Of a stretch of DNA of 32,000 nucleotides, positions 19,579 through 29,484 are shown piece after piece. Where the stretch lies: the NCBI GenBank assembly GCA_041941765.1, contig CP145869.1:120001-152000 (forward strand), read 5' to 3'. The position numbers and the translations under genes were made by a program. Positions within the stretch are counted from its first letter, which is position 1. Each line of letters starts with the position of its first letter. The notes under the pieces were generated by a model. That model was not told the DNA's origin. It did not search any database and saw only the letters and a program-made list of their open reading frames with translations. The stretch is from Candidatus Saccharimonadota bacterium. GTDB taxonomy: Bacteria > Pseudomonadota > Gammaproteobacteria > Enterobacterales > Enterobacteriaceae.

Positions 19579-20971
19579 GTGATTATGTTATATATATTCC
19601 AAACGATAATAGTATTTATTATAACACTAAGTGTTTTAATTATTGTTCATAAGTATGGACATTTTCTGATTGCTAAACGTTGTGGAGTATTTATTGAATT
19701 TTTTTCAATGGATTTTGGTAAAGACTTAATATCTTGGTATGATCGTTATAGAACCAGTTATATAATTGGTATATTTCATTTTTGGGGATCTATTAACATG
19801 TTAGATACAATTAGTAGTTCTAGTGACATGCCAAGAACTAATCTACCATTAAGACAAAGTTTTCATGATCAAAGTTTATTTCATCGAATAGCTATTATTA
19901 GTGCAGGCCCAATGGTTAATTTTATTTGAGCTATAATTTTTATATATGGTATAACTTATTATCTATGAAGTTAAAAAAGGATCAATAGCATTTCAAGCGG
20001 GAATAACAAGTAATATGGAATTTCAATCTATTGATCATGTTAAAACTAATAATTGGGATGATGTACGTATGGCATTACTTACTAAAATAGGTACTAATCA
20101 AATGATTCCTATTAAATTAGTATCTTTTAATAATAACCAAGTATCTCATAAAAAAATTGTTAAATTAATTAATGTACATAATTGGAAATTTGATCCTTAT
20201 TATACACAAGATCCTCTTACTACTTTTTGTATTCAGCCTTATTATTCATCATCTTCTACTGAATCCCGTTTAGATAAAATTTTTCCAAATTCGATTGCTA
20301 GTCAAATAGGTCTATATATTGGAGATATAATTTTAAAAATTAATGATTATTCAATTGAAAATTGGCCATATTTAATAACATTATTGTGTAATAAATTTAA
20401 TAATACTATTCGATTAATAATCAAACGAAAATCAAAAACATTCTCAGTTGATTTAACTCCTAAATGGAAATATCAATTATGGCAAAATAGAGAATTTTTT
20501 TTTGGTGCACTTCCGTATCATCTTCCTCTAGATAATAATTTCAAAAACTTGGAAAAGGATAAGAATCCTTTTACTGCTTTTTTCAAAGCGGAAAAAAACA
20601 CTTGGCAATTATCTAAATTAACGTTTCGTATCTTTAAAAAAGTGATACGAGGAAAATTATCACTTTATACTCTGAGTAGTCCAATTTCAATTGCACAAGG
20701 TGCAATAATATCAGCTCAAAATGGTATTGTACCATATTTAATGTTCTTAGCTTTAATGAGTATTAATTTATGTATTATTAATTTATTCCCTTTACCTATT
20801 TTAGATGGTGGACATCTTTTATTGATTTTACTAGAAATAATTATAGGACAATCAATTTCGAACCAATTTAAAGAAATTAGTTTTAATATTAGTACTATTT
20901 TACTAATATTAGTTATGATTTTTACTATTTTAAATGATGGTTCACGTTTTTTAATTAACTTCACTTACTAA
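19579..20971 (+). pseudogene. rseP: Disrupted rseP (RIP site-2 metalloprotease): two ORF fragments plus an altered active site
   Basis: Fragment 1 (19579-19926) aligns with RseP residues 1 to about 115, but HExxH reads H-K-Y-G-H (AAG at 19651-19653). An in-frame TGA lies at 19927-19929, and homology continues after it (AIIFIYGITYYL). The homologous frame then shifts by +1 between 19955 and 19965. That switch window is bounded by a TAA in the new frame at 19952-19954 and a TGA in the old frame at 19966-19968. About 8 codons are missing relative to E. coli. Fragment 2 (homology from about 19961, ORF 20015-20971) covers the PDZ region through the C-terminus, including NLFPLPILDGGHLL. Confidence 0.75.
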
Positions 20972-20997
20972 CAACATGATATTAAAGATGTAATAAA

Positions 20998-23463
20998 GTG
21001 AAATATCAAATGTTAGTAAAAATACTTTTTATTATAATATTAGTATTTTTTTATACTTTTCTTTTTGCAGAACAGAAAATTTTCGTACAAAATATTTGTG
21101 TTCATGGATTATACCGAATTTCGACTATTACTACCTTAATGAATTTTCCCATTCGAATTGGAGATAAAATTTATAGAGAAGATATTAATAATAGTATTAA
21201 AGCTTTATTTCGTACTAATAATTTTGATGATGTACACATTTTACGTGATTCTAATACTTTAATTATTCAATTAAAAGAACGTCCTATTATTTCTTTTATT
21301 AAAATTTTAAATAATAATGTTATTAATAATACAACTCTTATTAATTGGTTCAATAAAATAGATCTTCATCCTGGCCAGATATTTAATTATACTCCATTCT
21401 ATTTAATAGAAAAAAAAATTCAAAATTACTATTTTTATCGTGGATATTATAATGCTACAGTAAAAATGATAATTTTCTCACTACCACATCATGCTGTTGG
21501 AATAACAATCTTTTTAAAAGAAGGAAAACCAGTTACCATTTATAAGATTAATATTGTAGGTTATAAAGCCTTTAATGATAGAGAATTAAGTCAAAATTTT
21601 TTTTTATTACATGATAAAAACTCTTCATTATCCTGGTATAAGAAATTTCTTAATGATAAGAAGCGTAAATACCAAAAGAAAATTTTATATCAGGATTTAG
21701 AAAGATTACGACAATTCTATTTGTCTCATGGTTATATAAATTTTAAACTTATTTCTACTAAAGTTAATTTAACACCAAATAAAGAAAACATTATTATTAC
21801 AATTAATATTAGTGAAGGTATACGTTATAAATTTAACAAAATTATTTTTAAGGGTAATTTTCTTATTAATAAAAACGATAGAAAAAAAATCTTGTTTATT
21901 AGAAATGAAAAATGGTATAACTTTAAACAAGTTAAACTTTTAAAAAAATGCATCTTCACTCTTCTGCAAAATTATGGTTATATCTTACCATCTATATATA
22001 TAAAAGAAATCATTAATAATGATAATAATACAATTAATCTCATAATTAATATTCATACAGGACAACGTTATTATGTTCATCGAATTTTTTTTCAAGGGAA
22101 TTATCTTACACAAGATCTTGTATTACAACGTCAAATAGTTCAAAAAGAAGGAAAATGGTTTAATGAAGATTTAGTCAAAAAAAGTCAAAATAGATTATAT
22201 AATACAGGTTTTTTTCAAACTGTTAGTACAAATGTTCAGCGTGTACCTGCACTATTGAATAGTGTAGATATCATTTACCAATTAAAAGAATTAGAAGAGA
22301 AAGGTCATATAACTATTGGACTTGGATGGGATGGTAAAAAACATTTAAGTTACCATTTTAAGATTTTCAATTCTAACTGGTTAGGTACTGCTTATACAAT
22401 GGCTTTCAGAATTACAAAAAGTGATAATAGTAAACATAGTGATATTACTATAATCAATCCACATTTTACTAGTAAAGGTTTTAATATTCGTAAAAAAATT
22501 TTTTTTAATAATTTATATAATTTGGATATTGCAAAATATGAACATAAACATTATGGATTTAATGATGATATAAAAATTCCAATAAGTTCACATAATTTTA
22601 TTAAAATAGGTATAGGTTATGCTAATAATGATCTTTCAAATATACAACCCCAAATTCATGTATGGAATTATTTACGTTATAACAAAATCCATCCGGATTT
22701 ACTTTCACAAATAAAATATACCGAAAGTAATTTTAATTTTAAAACTGGATGGATTTATAACAATCTCAATCAAAAAATCTTTCCTACTTCGGGAGTTTAT
22801 AACAAAATTTTAAGTAAAATATATGTACCATTACCAATCTCTCAATGGCATTTTCATAATCTTTACTATAAAATTACATTAGATTCTAGGGTATATATAA
22901 TCATACCCATTATGAATTATTATAACACTTGGGCTTTTTTAGCCCATGGCTATTTTGGATATACTAGTACTTTTCTTAAAACAGCTAGTCCATTTTTTGA
23001 ACATTTTTATGCAGGCGATCTTACTTATTTACGTGGTTTTCATATTAATACTATAGGTACAAGAGCTATTTTTTATAATTCTACTAGTTATTTATGTAAA
23101 AATAAAACTAAACCTCTTTGTTTTTCTAAAGATTCAATCGGAGGAAATTTTATGACTGTTACTAGTTTTGAACTTCTTGCTCCTATAATTAATCCTAATA
23201 TTCTTCATAATTTTTTCGGATTAATGAGATCATCAATATTTCTTGATATTGGTACAGTAATTCTCGTAAATAATCCTTGGAAAAATCTATTTATAATAAA
23301 GAATTATTCTATAAATTCAAATCTTATACGTATTTCGACCGGAATAAATTTAAGATGGATATCCCCATGGGGACCAATAATTGTAGTATATTCTAAACCT
23401 TTGAAAAAAAATGCTGTAGATCAAGTAGAATCATTCCAATTTAATTTTGGAATTAATTGGTAA
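20998..23463 (+). CDS. bamA: Outer-membrane protein assembly factor BamA (Omp85)
   Basis: 821 aa (E. coli 810 aa). An N-terminal signal peptide ends ..FLFA/EQ. POTRA-region matches include RPII, YY...GYYNA.VK, IN(I/V)G..AF and RKYQK. Barrel-region matches include NWLGT.Y, PYF, FYAGD...(L/V)RGF, GGN and the C-terminal FQFNFG..W. The start is GTG at 20998, with ATG at 21010 as an alternative. Confidence 0.93.
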   Translation: MKYQMLVKILFIIILVFFYTFLFAEQKIFVQNICVHGLYRISTITTLMNFPIRIGDKIYREDINNSIKALFRTNNFDDVHILRDSNTLIIQLKERPIISFIKILNNNVINNTTLINWFNKIDLHPGQIFNYTPFYLIEKKIQNYYFYRGYYNATVKMIIFSLPHHAVGITIFLKEGKPVTIYKINIVGYKAFNDRELSQNFFLLHDKNSSLSWYKKFLNDKKRKYQKKILYQDLERLRQFYLSHGYINFKLISTKVNLTPNKENIIITINISEGIRYKFNKIIFKGNFLINKNDRKKILFIRNEKWYNFKQVKLLKKCIFTLLQNYGYILPSIYIKEIINNDNNTINLIINIHTGQRYYVHRIFFQGNYLTQDLVLQRQIVQKEGKWFNEDLVKKSQNRLYNTGFFQTVSTNVQRVPALLNSVDIIYQLKELEEKGHITIGLGWDGKKHLSYHFKIFNSNWLGTAYTMAFRITKSDNSKHSDITIINPHFTSKGFNIRKKIFFNNLYNLDIAKYEHKHYGFNDDIKIPISSHNFIKIGIGYANNDLSNIQPQIHVWNYLRYNKIHPDLLSQIKYTESNFNFKTGWIYNNLNQKIFPTSGVYNKILSKIYVPLPISQWHFHNLYYKITLDSRVYIIIPIMNYYNTWAFLAHGYFGYTSTFLKTASPFFEHFYAGDLTYLRGFHINTIGTRAIFYNSTSYLCKNKTKPLCFSKDSIGGNFMTVTSFELLAPIINPNILHNFFGLMRSSIFLDIGTVILVNNPWKNLFIIKNYSINSNLIRISTGINLRWISPWGPIIVVYSKPLKKNAVDQVESFQFNFGINW

Positions 23464-23507
23464 TAAAAGTTAATTTCTTTAAACCTCAATCATTAAGGAG
23501 TTGTAAA

Positions 23508-24038
23508 GTGAAAAAATTCTTATCGGTTATATTACTTCTCATTGTATGTACTATGGGTTATAGTTATTTCACTTCAATTGCTGCTTATCCTACCATTGTA
23601 AATGATAAAATTGCGATAATAAATTTGCCAAAAATTTTTGAACAAATTCCTCAAGTTCAAGTCATTTCTCAAAAATTAGACGAAGAATTTAAAGATAGAG
23701 CTAATACTATTCAAAATATGGAATTAAATTTACAAAAAAACCTGCAACATCTACAATATAATGGTTATGTAATGAATAGTATAGAACATACTAAATTAGA
23801 ACAAGAAATAATCTTACAACGTGAAAAATTAGTTAATGAAATACAATCATTCGAAAATGATAGACAACACCGTCAAAGTGAAGAACAACAGAAACTGCTA
23901 GTCATTATTAAAGATATAGTCAGAAAAATTGCTCTTCATGAAAATTATGAAATGGTATTTGATGCAGACGCTATTATTTATGCTCATCATTTTAATAATA
24001 TGACTGAGCAAGTCATAAAAACTATGATATCAAAATAA
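23508..24038 (+). CDS. skp: Periplasmic chaperone Skp (HlpA/OmpH)
   Basis: 176 aa from GTG 23508, with a strong AAGGAG Shine-Dalgarno sequence (23495-23500) 7 nt upstream. An N-terminal signal-like segment is followed by DKIAI.N....F, L..EF..R, coiled-coil composition and ....D..A..Y, as in E. coli Skp. The track's TTG at 23457 would overlap bamA and add 17 unsupported codons. Confidence 0.85.
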   Translation: MKKFLSVILLLIVCTMGYSYFTSIAAYPTIVNDKIAIINLPKIFEQIPQVQVISQKLDEEFKDRANTIQNMELNLQKNLQHLQYNGYVMNSIEHTKLEQEIILQREKLVNEIQSFENDRQHRQSEEQQKLLVIIKDIVRKIALHENYEMVFDADAIIYAHHFNNMTEQVIKTMISK

Positions 24039-24112
24039 TATTTGAGGATAATATAAGACTAAAAACCATTTATATATAATCCTGAATTTTTTTTGGAAAA
24101 AATTTTTTTTGT

Positions 24113-24586
24113 ATGATATATATTGAAGAAATTCTTAAAATTTTACCACATCGATTTCCTTTTTTACTAATTGATCGTGTAATAAATATTACAAAAGGAC
24201 ATTCTTTGCGTGCGATAAAAAATATTTCAATTAATGATCCATTTTTATATATGCATTTTCCTCAGCATCCAATTTTACCTGGAGTATTAATTCTTGAATC
24301 CTTAGCACAAGCTTCATGGATTCTTGCTATTAAAAGCGTAGAACCAAAAATTCAATCAGAAGATTATTTTTATTATCTAGTTGGTATTGATCAAGTCAGC
24401 TTTAAACGAATGGTATTTCCTGGCGATCAAATGATTTTGGAAATAGAATTGGTTAAAAAACGTCAAGGTTTAACTTTTTTTAAATGTTTTGCCAAAATAC
24501 AACATCAATTAGTTTGTACAGCATTAATAAAGTGTTTTCTAAAGAAAAAAAAAATTCCACTCATTCCGAGTATGACTGATAAATAA
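24113..24586 (+). CDS. fabZ: 3-hydroxyacyl-ACP dehydratase FabZ
   Basis: 157 aa. [17 protein letters not shown], the catalytic His in HFP..PI.PGVLILE, the Glu in LILES.AQ and PGDQMI.E are conserved. A lysine-rich C-terminal extension ([14 protein letters not shown]) is absent from E. coli FabZ. Confidence 0.9.
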   Translation: MIYIEEILKILPHRFPFLLIDRVINITKGHSLRAIKNISINDPFLYMHFPQHPILPGVLILESLAQASWILAIKSVEPKIQSEDYFYYLVGIDQVSFKRMVFPGDQMILEIELVKKRQGLTFFKCFAKIQHQLVCTALIKCFLKKKKIPLIPSMTDK

Positions 24587-24611
24587 TATAATTAATTCTT
24601 TTTTTAACAAT

Positions 24612-27600
24612 ATGAAAAGACCTCGTTTTGTTCATCTACGAATTCATAGTGATTATTCTATTAAAGATGGTTTAGCAAAAATTGATTTGCTAATTAAAAA
24701 AGCAACTGAATTAAATATGCCAGCAATGGCTTTAACTGATTTTTGTAATCTATTTGGTGTAATTAAATTTTATCATCAGGCCTGGCAAAATGGTATAAAA
24801 CCAATTATAGGAGTTGATTTTCAACTTTATCATCCTATTATGCCAAATGAATTATGTCAGCTTACTGCAATCGCTATTAATAATAACGGTTATCATAACC
24901 TTATTAAACTTATTTCACAGGCTTATCAAGATGGTTATGATTTACTACAACAACAAGGACCCATTATAACCAAAGAATGGTTAGCTAAATTTTCTGAAGG
25001 TATTCTATTATTATCAGGCGGTCGTCATGGTGATATTGGAAAAAATTTATTAAAAAATAATCAATCCTTAGTTTTAAGTTTGATCGATTTTTACCAAACG
25101 TTTTTTCCTAATAGATATTATTTAGAATTAATTCGAACTAATAGACCTAATGAAGAAAATTATTTACATGCGGCGGTAGATTTAGCTCTCAAAACTAATC
25201 TGCCAGTAGTTGCTACAAATGAAGTTTGTTTTCTAAAATCTTCAGATTTTGAAGCACATGAAATTCGGGTTGCAATTCATAATGGTTATACTTTACAAAA
25301 TCCTAAACGCCCTAGAACTTATAGTGCCCAACAATATTTTCGAAATGAAGAAGAAATGTGTAAGATATTTGCAGATCTTCCTGAAGCCCTAGAAAATACA
25401 GTAGAAATATGCAAGCGTTGTAATGTAATTCTTAATCTAGGAAATAAATATTTTCTACCTCAATTTCATACGGGATGTAAGAGTGCTGAGGAATATTTGA
25501 TTCATCAGGCTAAACAAGGATTGGAAAAACGTTTGATTTTATTATTTCATAATAATAATCTACGTATCAAAAAAAATAGATCTAAATATGATCATCGTTT
25601 AGCAATGGAATTAAACATAATCAATAAAATGGGGTTTCCAGGTTATTTTTTAATAGTCATGGAATTTATTCAATGGTCAAAAAAACATAATATTTTAGTG
25701 GGACCCGGTCGTGGTTCTGGTGCAGGATCTTTAGTAGCTTATGCATTAAATATTACAGATATAAATCCTTTACAATTTGATTTATTATTTGAACGATTTT
25801 TAAATCCTGAACGTATTTCTATGCCAGATTTTGATATTGATTTTTGTATGGAAAAACGTGATCTTGTAATAGATCATGTAGCTGATACTTATGGAAAAGA
25901 TGCGGTTTCACAAATTATTACTTTTGGTACTATGGCTGCTAAAGCAGCTATTAGGGATGTAGGTAGAGTCTTAAATTATTCTTATACTTTTGTAAATAGT
26001 ATAACTAAATTGATTCCATCTCATATTATTGGAATTACTTTAAAACAATCTTTAAAAATTGAATATCAATTAATAAATTTATATAAATCTAATGAAGAAG
26101 TCAAAACTTTAATAAATATGGCTTTAAAATTAGAAGGTGTAATACGGAATGCGAGTAAACATGCTGGAGGTGTTGTTATAGCACCTACAAAAATTATTGA
26201 ATTTGCGCCTATTTACTGTGATGGAAAAGGTAATAATCCAGTTACACAATTTGATAAAAATGATGTAGAAAATATAGGATTAGTAAAATTTGATTTTCTA
26301 GGGCTCCGTACTTTAACCATTATTAGTAGAGCATTAGAAATGATTAATTTAAAACGTAAAAAACATTCTGAAGATCCTTTATCTCTTGTACAAATTACAT
26401 TAAATGATAGTAAAAGTTTTTCTTTATTAAGACAAGCAGAAACTACAGCCATTTTTCAACTTGAATCAAAAGGAATGAAAGATCTTATTAAAAGATTAAA
26501 ACCTGATTGTTTTGAAGATTTAATTGCATTAATAGCACTATTTCGTCCCGGACCTTTACATTCTGGTATGGTAGATAATTTTATTAAACGTAAACATGGA
26601 ATTGAAAAAATTTCATATCCAGATAAGAAATGGCAACATTTATCTTTAAAAAAAATTTTAGATCCGACATATGGTATAATCCTTTATCAGGAACAAGTAA
26701 TGCAAATTGCTCAAATTTTAGCTGACTATAGTCTTGGTGAAGCTGATATTTTACGACGAGCTATGAGTAAAAAACAATCATCTGAAATGGCTCAACAGCG
26801 ATTAAGATTTCAAAAAGGAGCCGAACAAAAAGGTATTAACGGTGAACTTGCTATAAAAATATTTAATTTATTAGAAAAATTTGCTGGATATGGATTTAAT
26901 AAATCACATTCGGTTGCTTACGCGTTATTATCTTATTATACCCTATGGTTAAAAACACACTACTATCAAGAATTTATGGCTGCAGTAATGACTTCTGAGA
27001 TGGATAACACTGACAAATTAATGGCATTATCAAAAGAAGTTTTACAAAAAGGAAAAAAAATTGTTTCACCAAATATTAATACTGGAAAATATCATTTTTA
27101 TGTTAATGATAATAATGAAATAATTTATGGTCTTGGAGCTATTAAAGGAATAGGAGTTGCAGCTATACAAGAAATTATTCAAGCTAGACAAAAAAATGGA
27201 ATATTTAAGAATTTTTTTGATTTTTGTATACGTATAGATCTTAAAAAGATTAATCGTCGATTATTAACAATTTTAATTAAATCTGGTACTTTAGATTCAA
27301 TAGGTCAAAATAGAGAATATATGTTAAATATTTTAGATGATCATATTAAAACTGCATCTCAATATACTAAAATTAAAAAGAGTGGGCAACAAGATCTTTT
27401 TGGATGTATAAAAGAAAATGCACCAATCGAACACTTCAAAGCACAACAAAAAGTATCAGAACAAATCTGGTTATCAGGAGAACGTGAAACTTTAGGAGGA
27501 TATTTTACTGGTCATCCTCTAAATCAATATAAAAATGAAATTAAACACTATACAAAAAATATTAACTTCATAGATATTAATTCTTATCCATCTGGACATC

Positions 27601-28124
27601 TTGTTAAGATAGTTGGTTTATTTGTGAAAATAAAACTTATTACTACCAAAAATGGTAATCGTATGGGAATTTGTACTTTTGAGGATAGTTCTAGTTGTAT
27701 AGAGATAATATTATTTGCTGATTTATTAGATCAAATACAACATTTGTTGAAAAAAGAAAATATTCTCATTATTTATGGTAAAATAAGTATAGATAAGTTT
27801 ACACAACGAAAAATTATTGCTAGTAAAATTATCGATCTTCAAGAAGCACGAAATAAATATGTTAAGGAAATTGCTATATTACTAAACAGCAATCAGCTTA
27901 ATAAAACCTTTTTAAATATAATTGGTAATTGTGTAGCAAAATATAATTCTGGAATTATACCAATCTATTGCTATTCTAAGCGGAATAGCATAGATAAAAA
28001 AATTAGATTAAAATTAGAAGAACCTATTAGTTGGAAAGTATTACCAAGTAATGATTTAATTAATGATCTACGTACTTTATTAGGATATGAAAATGTAACA
28101 TTAGAATTTTTAAATAATTTATAG
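24612..28124 (+). CDS. dnaE: DNA polymerase III alpha subunit
   Basis: 1170 aa (E. coli 1160 aa). The PHP domain (PRFVHLR.HSDYS..DGLAK), [27 protein letters not shown], the [11 protein letters not shown] palm/fingers motifs and the OB-fold tail are present. Confidence 0.96.
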   Translation: MKRPRFVHLRIHSDYSIKDGLAKIDLLIKKATELNMPAMALTDFCNLFGVIKFYHQAWQNGIKPIIGVDFQLYHPIMPNELCQLTAIAINNNGYHNLIKLISQAYQDGYDLLQQQGPIITKEWLAKFSEGILLLSGGRHGDIGKNLLKNNQSLVLSLIDFYQTFFPNRYYLELIRTNRPNEENYLHAAVDLALKTNLPVVATNEVCFLKSSDFEAHEIRVAIHNGYTLQNPKRPRTYSAQQYFRNEEEMCKIFADLPEALENTVEICKRCNVILNLGNKYFLPQFHTGCKSAEEYLIHQAKQGLEKRLILLFHNNNLRIKKNRSKYDHRLAMELNIINKMGFPGYFLIVMEFIQWSKKHNILVGPGRGSGAGSLVAYALNITDINPLQFDLLFERFLNPERISMPDFDIDFCMEKRDLVIDHVADTYGKDAVSQIITFGTMAAKAAIRDVGRVLNYSYTFVNSITKLIPSHIIGITLKQSLKIEYQLINLYKSNEEVKTLINMALKLEGVIRNASKHAGGVVIAPTKIIEFAPIYCDGKGNNPVTQFDKNDVENIGLVKFDFLGLRTLTIISRALEMINLKRKKHSEDPLSLVQITLNDSKSFSLLRQAETTAIFQLESKGMKDLIKRLKPDCFEDLIALIALFRPGPLHSGMVDNFIKRKHGIEKISYPDKKWQHLSLKKILDPTYGIILYQEQVMQIAQILADYSLGEADILRRAMSKKQSSEMAQQRLRFQKGAEQKGINGELAIKIFNLLEKFAGYGFNKSHSVAYALLSYYTLWLKTHYYQEFMAAVMTSEMDNTDKLMALSKEVLQKGKKIVSPNINTGKYHFYVNDNNEIIYGLGAIKGIGVAAIQEIIQARQKNGIFKNFFDFCIRIDLKKINRRLLTILIKSGTLDSIGQNREYMLNILDDHIKTASQYTKIKKSGQQDLFGCIKENAPIEHFKAQQKVSEQIWLSGERETLGGYFTGHPLNQYKNEIKHYTKNINFIDINSYPSGHLVKIVGLFVKIKLITTKNGNRMGICTFEDSSSCIEIILFADLLDQIQHLLKKENILIIYGKISIDKFTQRKIIASKIIDLQEARNKYVKEIAILLNSNQLNKTFLNIIGNCVAKYNSGIIPIYCYSKRNSIDKKIRLKLEEPISWKVLPSNDLINDLRTLLGYENVTLEFLNNL

Positions 28125-28143
28125 TCTTCTATACAAGAATGTT

Positions 28144-29484
28144 ATGAATGTTATTCTAAATCAACTAAAAAAAAAATTAGAATTTTATAAATATTTTAAT
28201 TTATTAATTGCTTATAGTGGAGGTATAGATTCTACTGTATTATTACATCAATTAACCCAGTTGCGCCTACATACTTTACCTTTATTAAAATTACGTGCCA
28301 TTCATATTAATCATGGTATTAATCCTCATGCTCCTTCCTGGGTTTTACATTGTAAATCACAATGTTTAAAATGGCAAATTCCTTTTTCAAGTATAAAAAT
28401 TAAATTAGATTTTAAGAATAAAAAAGATCAAGGCATCGAATCGGCTTGTCGTATAGCACGTTATAATGCTCTTTTTCAAGCACTTTTACCCCAAGAAATA
28501 TTATTAACGGCACATCATATGGATGATCAATGTGAAACGTTTTTTTTAGCGTTAAAACGAGGCAGTGGACCGGCTGGTTTATCAGCTATGCCTTTAATTA
28601 AAAAAAATAGTGAAGGAAAAATACTATTTAGACCTTTTTTAAATCAAGATCGAAAAAGTATTGAACAATGGGCTTCTCAATATTCTTTATGTTGGATTAA
28701 TGATAATAGCAATCAAAATACATATTTTGATCGTAACTTTTTACGGGTTAAAGTATTATCTTTATTAAAAATAAAATGGCCACATATTTGTAAAAATGTA
28801 GCACGTAGTGCTGCACTATGTGCATATCAAGAACAATTATTACATGATTTATTAAAAGAATATCTTAACAATTTAACTCAAGAGGATGGAAGTTTAATAA
28901 TAGATAAGTTTTTTAACTATAGTGAAATACAGGTTTATGCTATACTTAGACAATGGTTAATTAATTATAAGATTTTTTCTGCACCACCATCATTTAAAAT
29001 AATCCAATCTATTTGGCGTGAAATAATATGTAGTCGTAAAGATGCATTACCCTGTATAAAACTGGGAAAATATGAAATCCGACGTTATCGAAATGCAATT
29101 TATTTACTTGAGACTATTCCTTCAGTTAAAGAACACATACTATATTGGGAATTTCCATGGTTACCTTTGAAGTTACCGAATAAATTAGGTGTGATTAAAT
29201 TACATCATAGTCATGGGATGTTAATACGTTACCCCAATTTAGGGGAAAAGGTGAGTATACGTTTTAAAACTAAAGGAAAAATTTCAGTATTTGGACGTTC
29301 AGCTGGACGTCGTGCAATAAAAAAAATCTGGCAGGAATTAGCTATTCCGTCATGGTTACGAGAACGTATCCCATTAATTTTTTATAATGAAATATTAATA
29401 GCTGCCATGGATGTTTTTATTACGGAAGAAGGTACCCCAACCAATAAAAATGCTTGGTATTTAAAATGGGATAAGAAAAAATAA
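28144..29484 (+). CDS. tilS: tRNA(Ile)-lysidine synthetase
   Basis: 446 aa (E. coli 432 aa). The PP-loop (A.SGG.DSTVLLHQL), HH.DDQCETF.LALKRGSGPAGLSAM, NQ...(Y/F)DRNFLR and the C-terminal KK.WQEL.(I/V)P.WLR...PL.FY.E.LIAA are conserved. Confidence 0.93.
   Translation: MNVILNQLKKKLEFYKYFNLLIAYSGGIDSTVLLHQLTQLRLHTLPLLKLRAIHINHGINPHAPSWVLHCKSQCLKWQIPFSSIKIKLDFKNKKDQGIESACRIARYNALFQALLPQEILLTAHHMDDQCETFFLALKRGSGPAGLSAMPLIKKNSEGKILFRPFLNQDRKSIEQWASQYSLCWINDNSNQNTYFDRNFLRVKVLSLLKIKWPHICKNVARSAALCAYQEQLLHDLLKEYLNNLTQEDGSLIIDKFFNYSEIQVYAILRQWLINYKIFSAPPSFKIIQSIWREIICSRKDALPCIKLGKYEIRRYRNAIYLLETIPSVKEHILYWEFPWLPLKLPNKLGVIKLHHSHGMLIRYPNLGEKVSIRFKTKGKISVFGRSAGRRAIKKIWQELAIPSWLRERIPLIFYNEILIAAMDVFITEEGTPTNKNAWYLKWDKKK

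Noticed and set aside
19927-19929. The idea that the in-frame TGA in rseP reflects UGA=Trp recoding (genetic code 4) rather than a lesion
   Set aside because: All other genes reach full orthologous length under the standard code and use TGG for Trp. With TGA read as Trp, the frame still ends at a TAA (19972-19974) before homology resumes in another frame.
19955-19980. The idea that the rseP frameshift could be rescued by transcriptional slippage at the nearby A6 run (19971-19976)
   Set aside because: The frame change must occur within 19955-19965, between the TAA in the new frame and the TGA in the old frame. That is upstream of the A-run and contains no homopolymer, and A6 is short for efficient slippage.
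20716-20964. 82-aa minus-strand ORF inside the distal rseP fragment
   Set aside because: It is antisense to sequence with clear RseP homology (NLFPLPILDGGHLL) and is AT-rich low-complexity.
24081-24112. The T8-GG-A6-T8 tract upstream of fabZ considered as a terminator or hairpin
   Set aside because: The A/T runs could pair only around a 0-2 nt loop and contain no G:C pairs. It is more likely a deletion scar or homopolymer drift where lpxD used to be.
26213-26452. 79-aa minus-strand ORF inside dnaE
   Set aside because: It is an antisense shadow ORF within a highly conserved dnaE segment.
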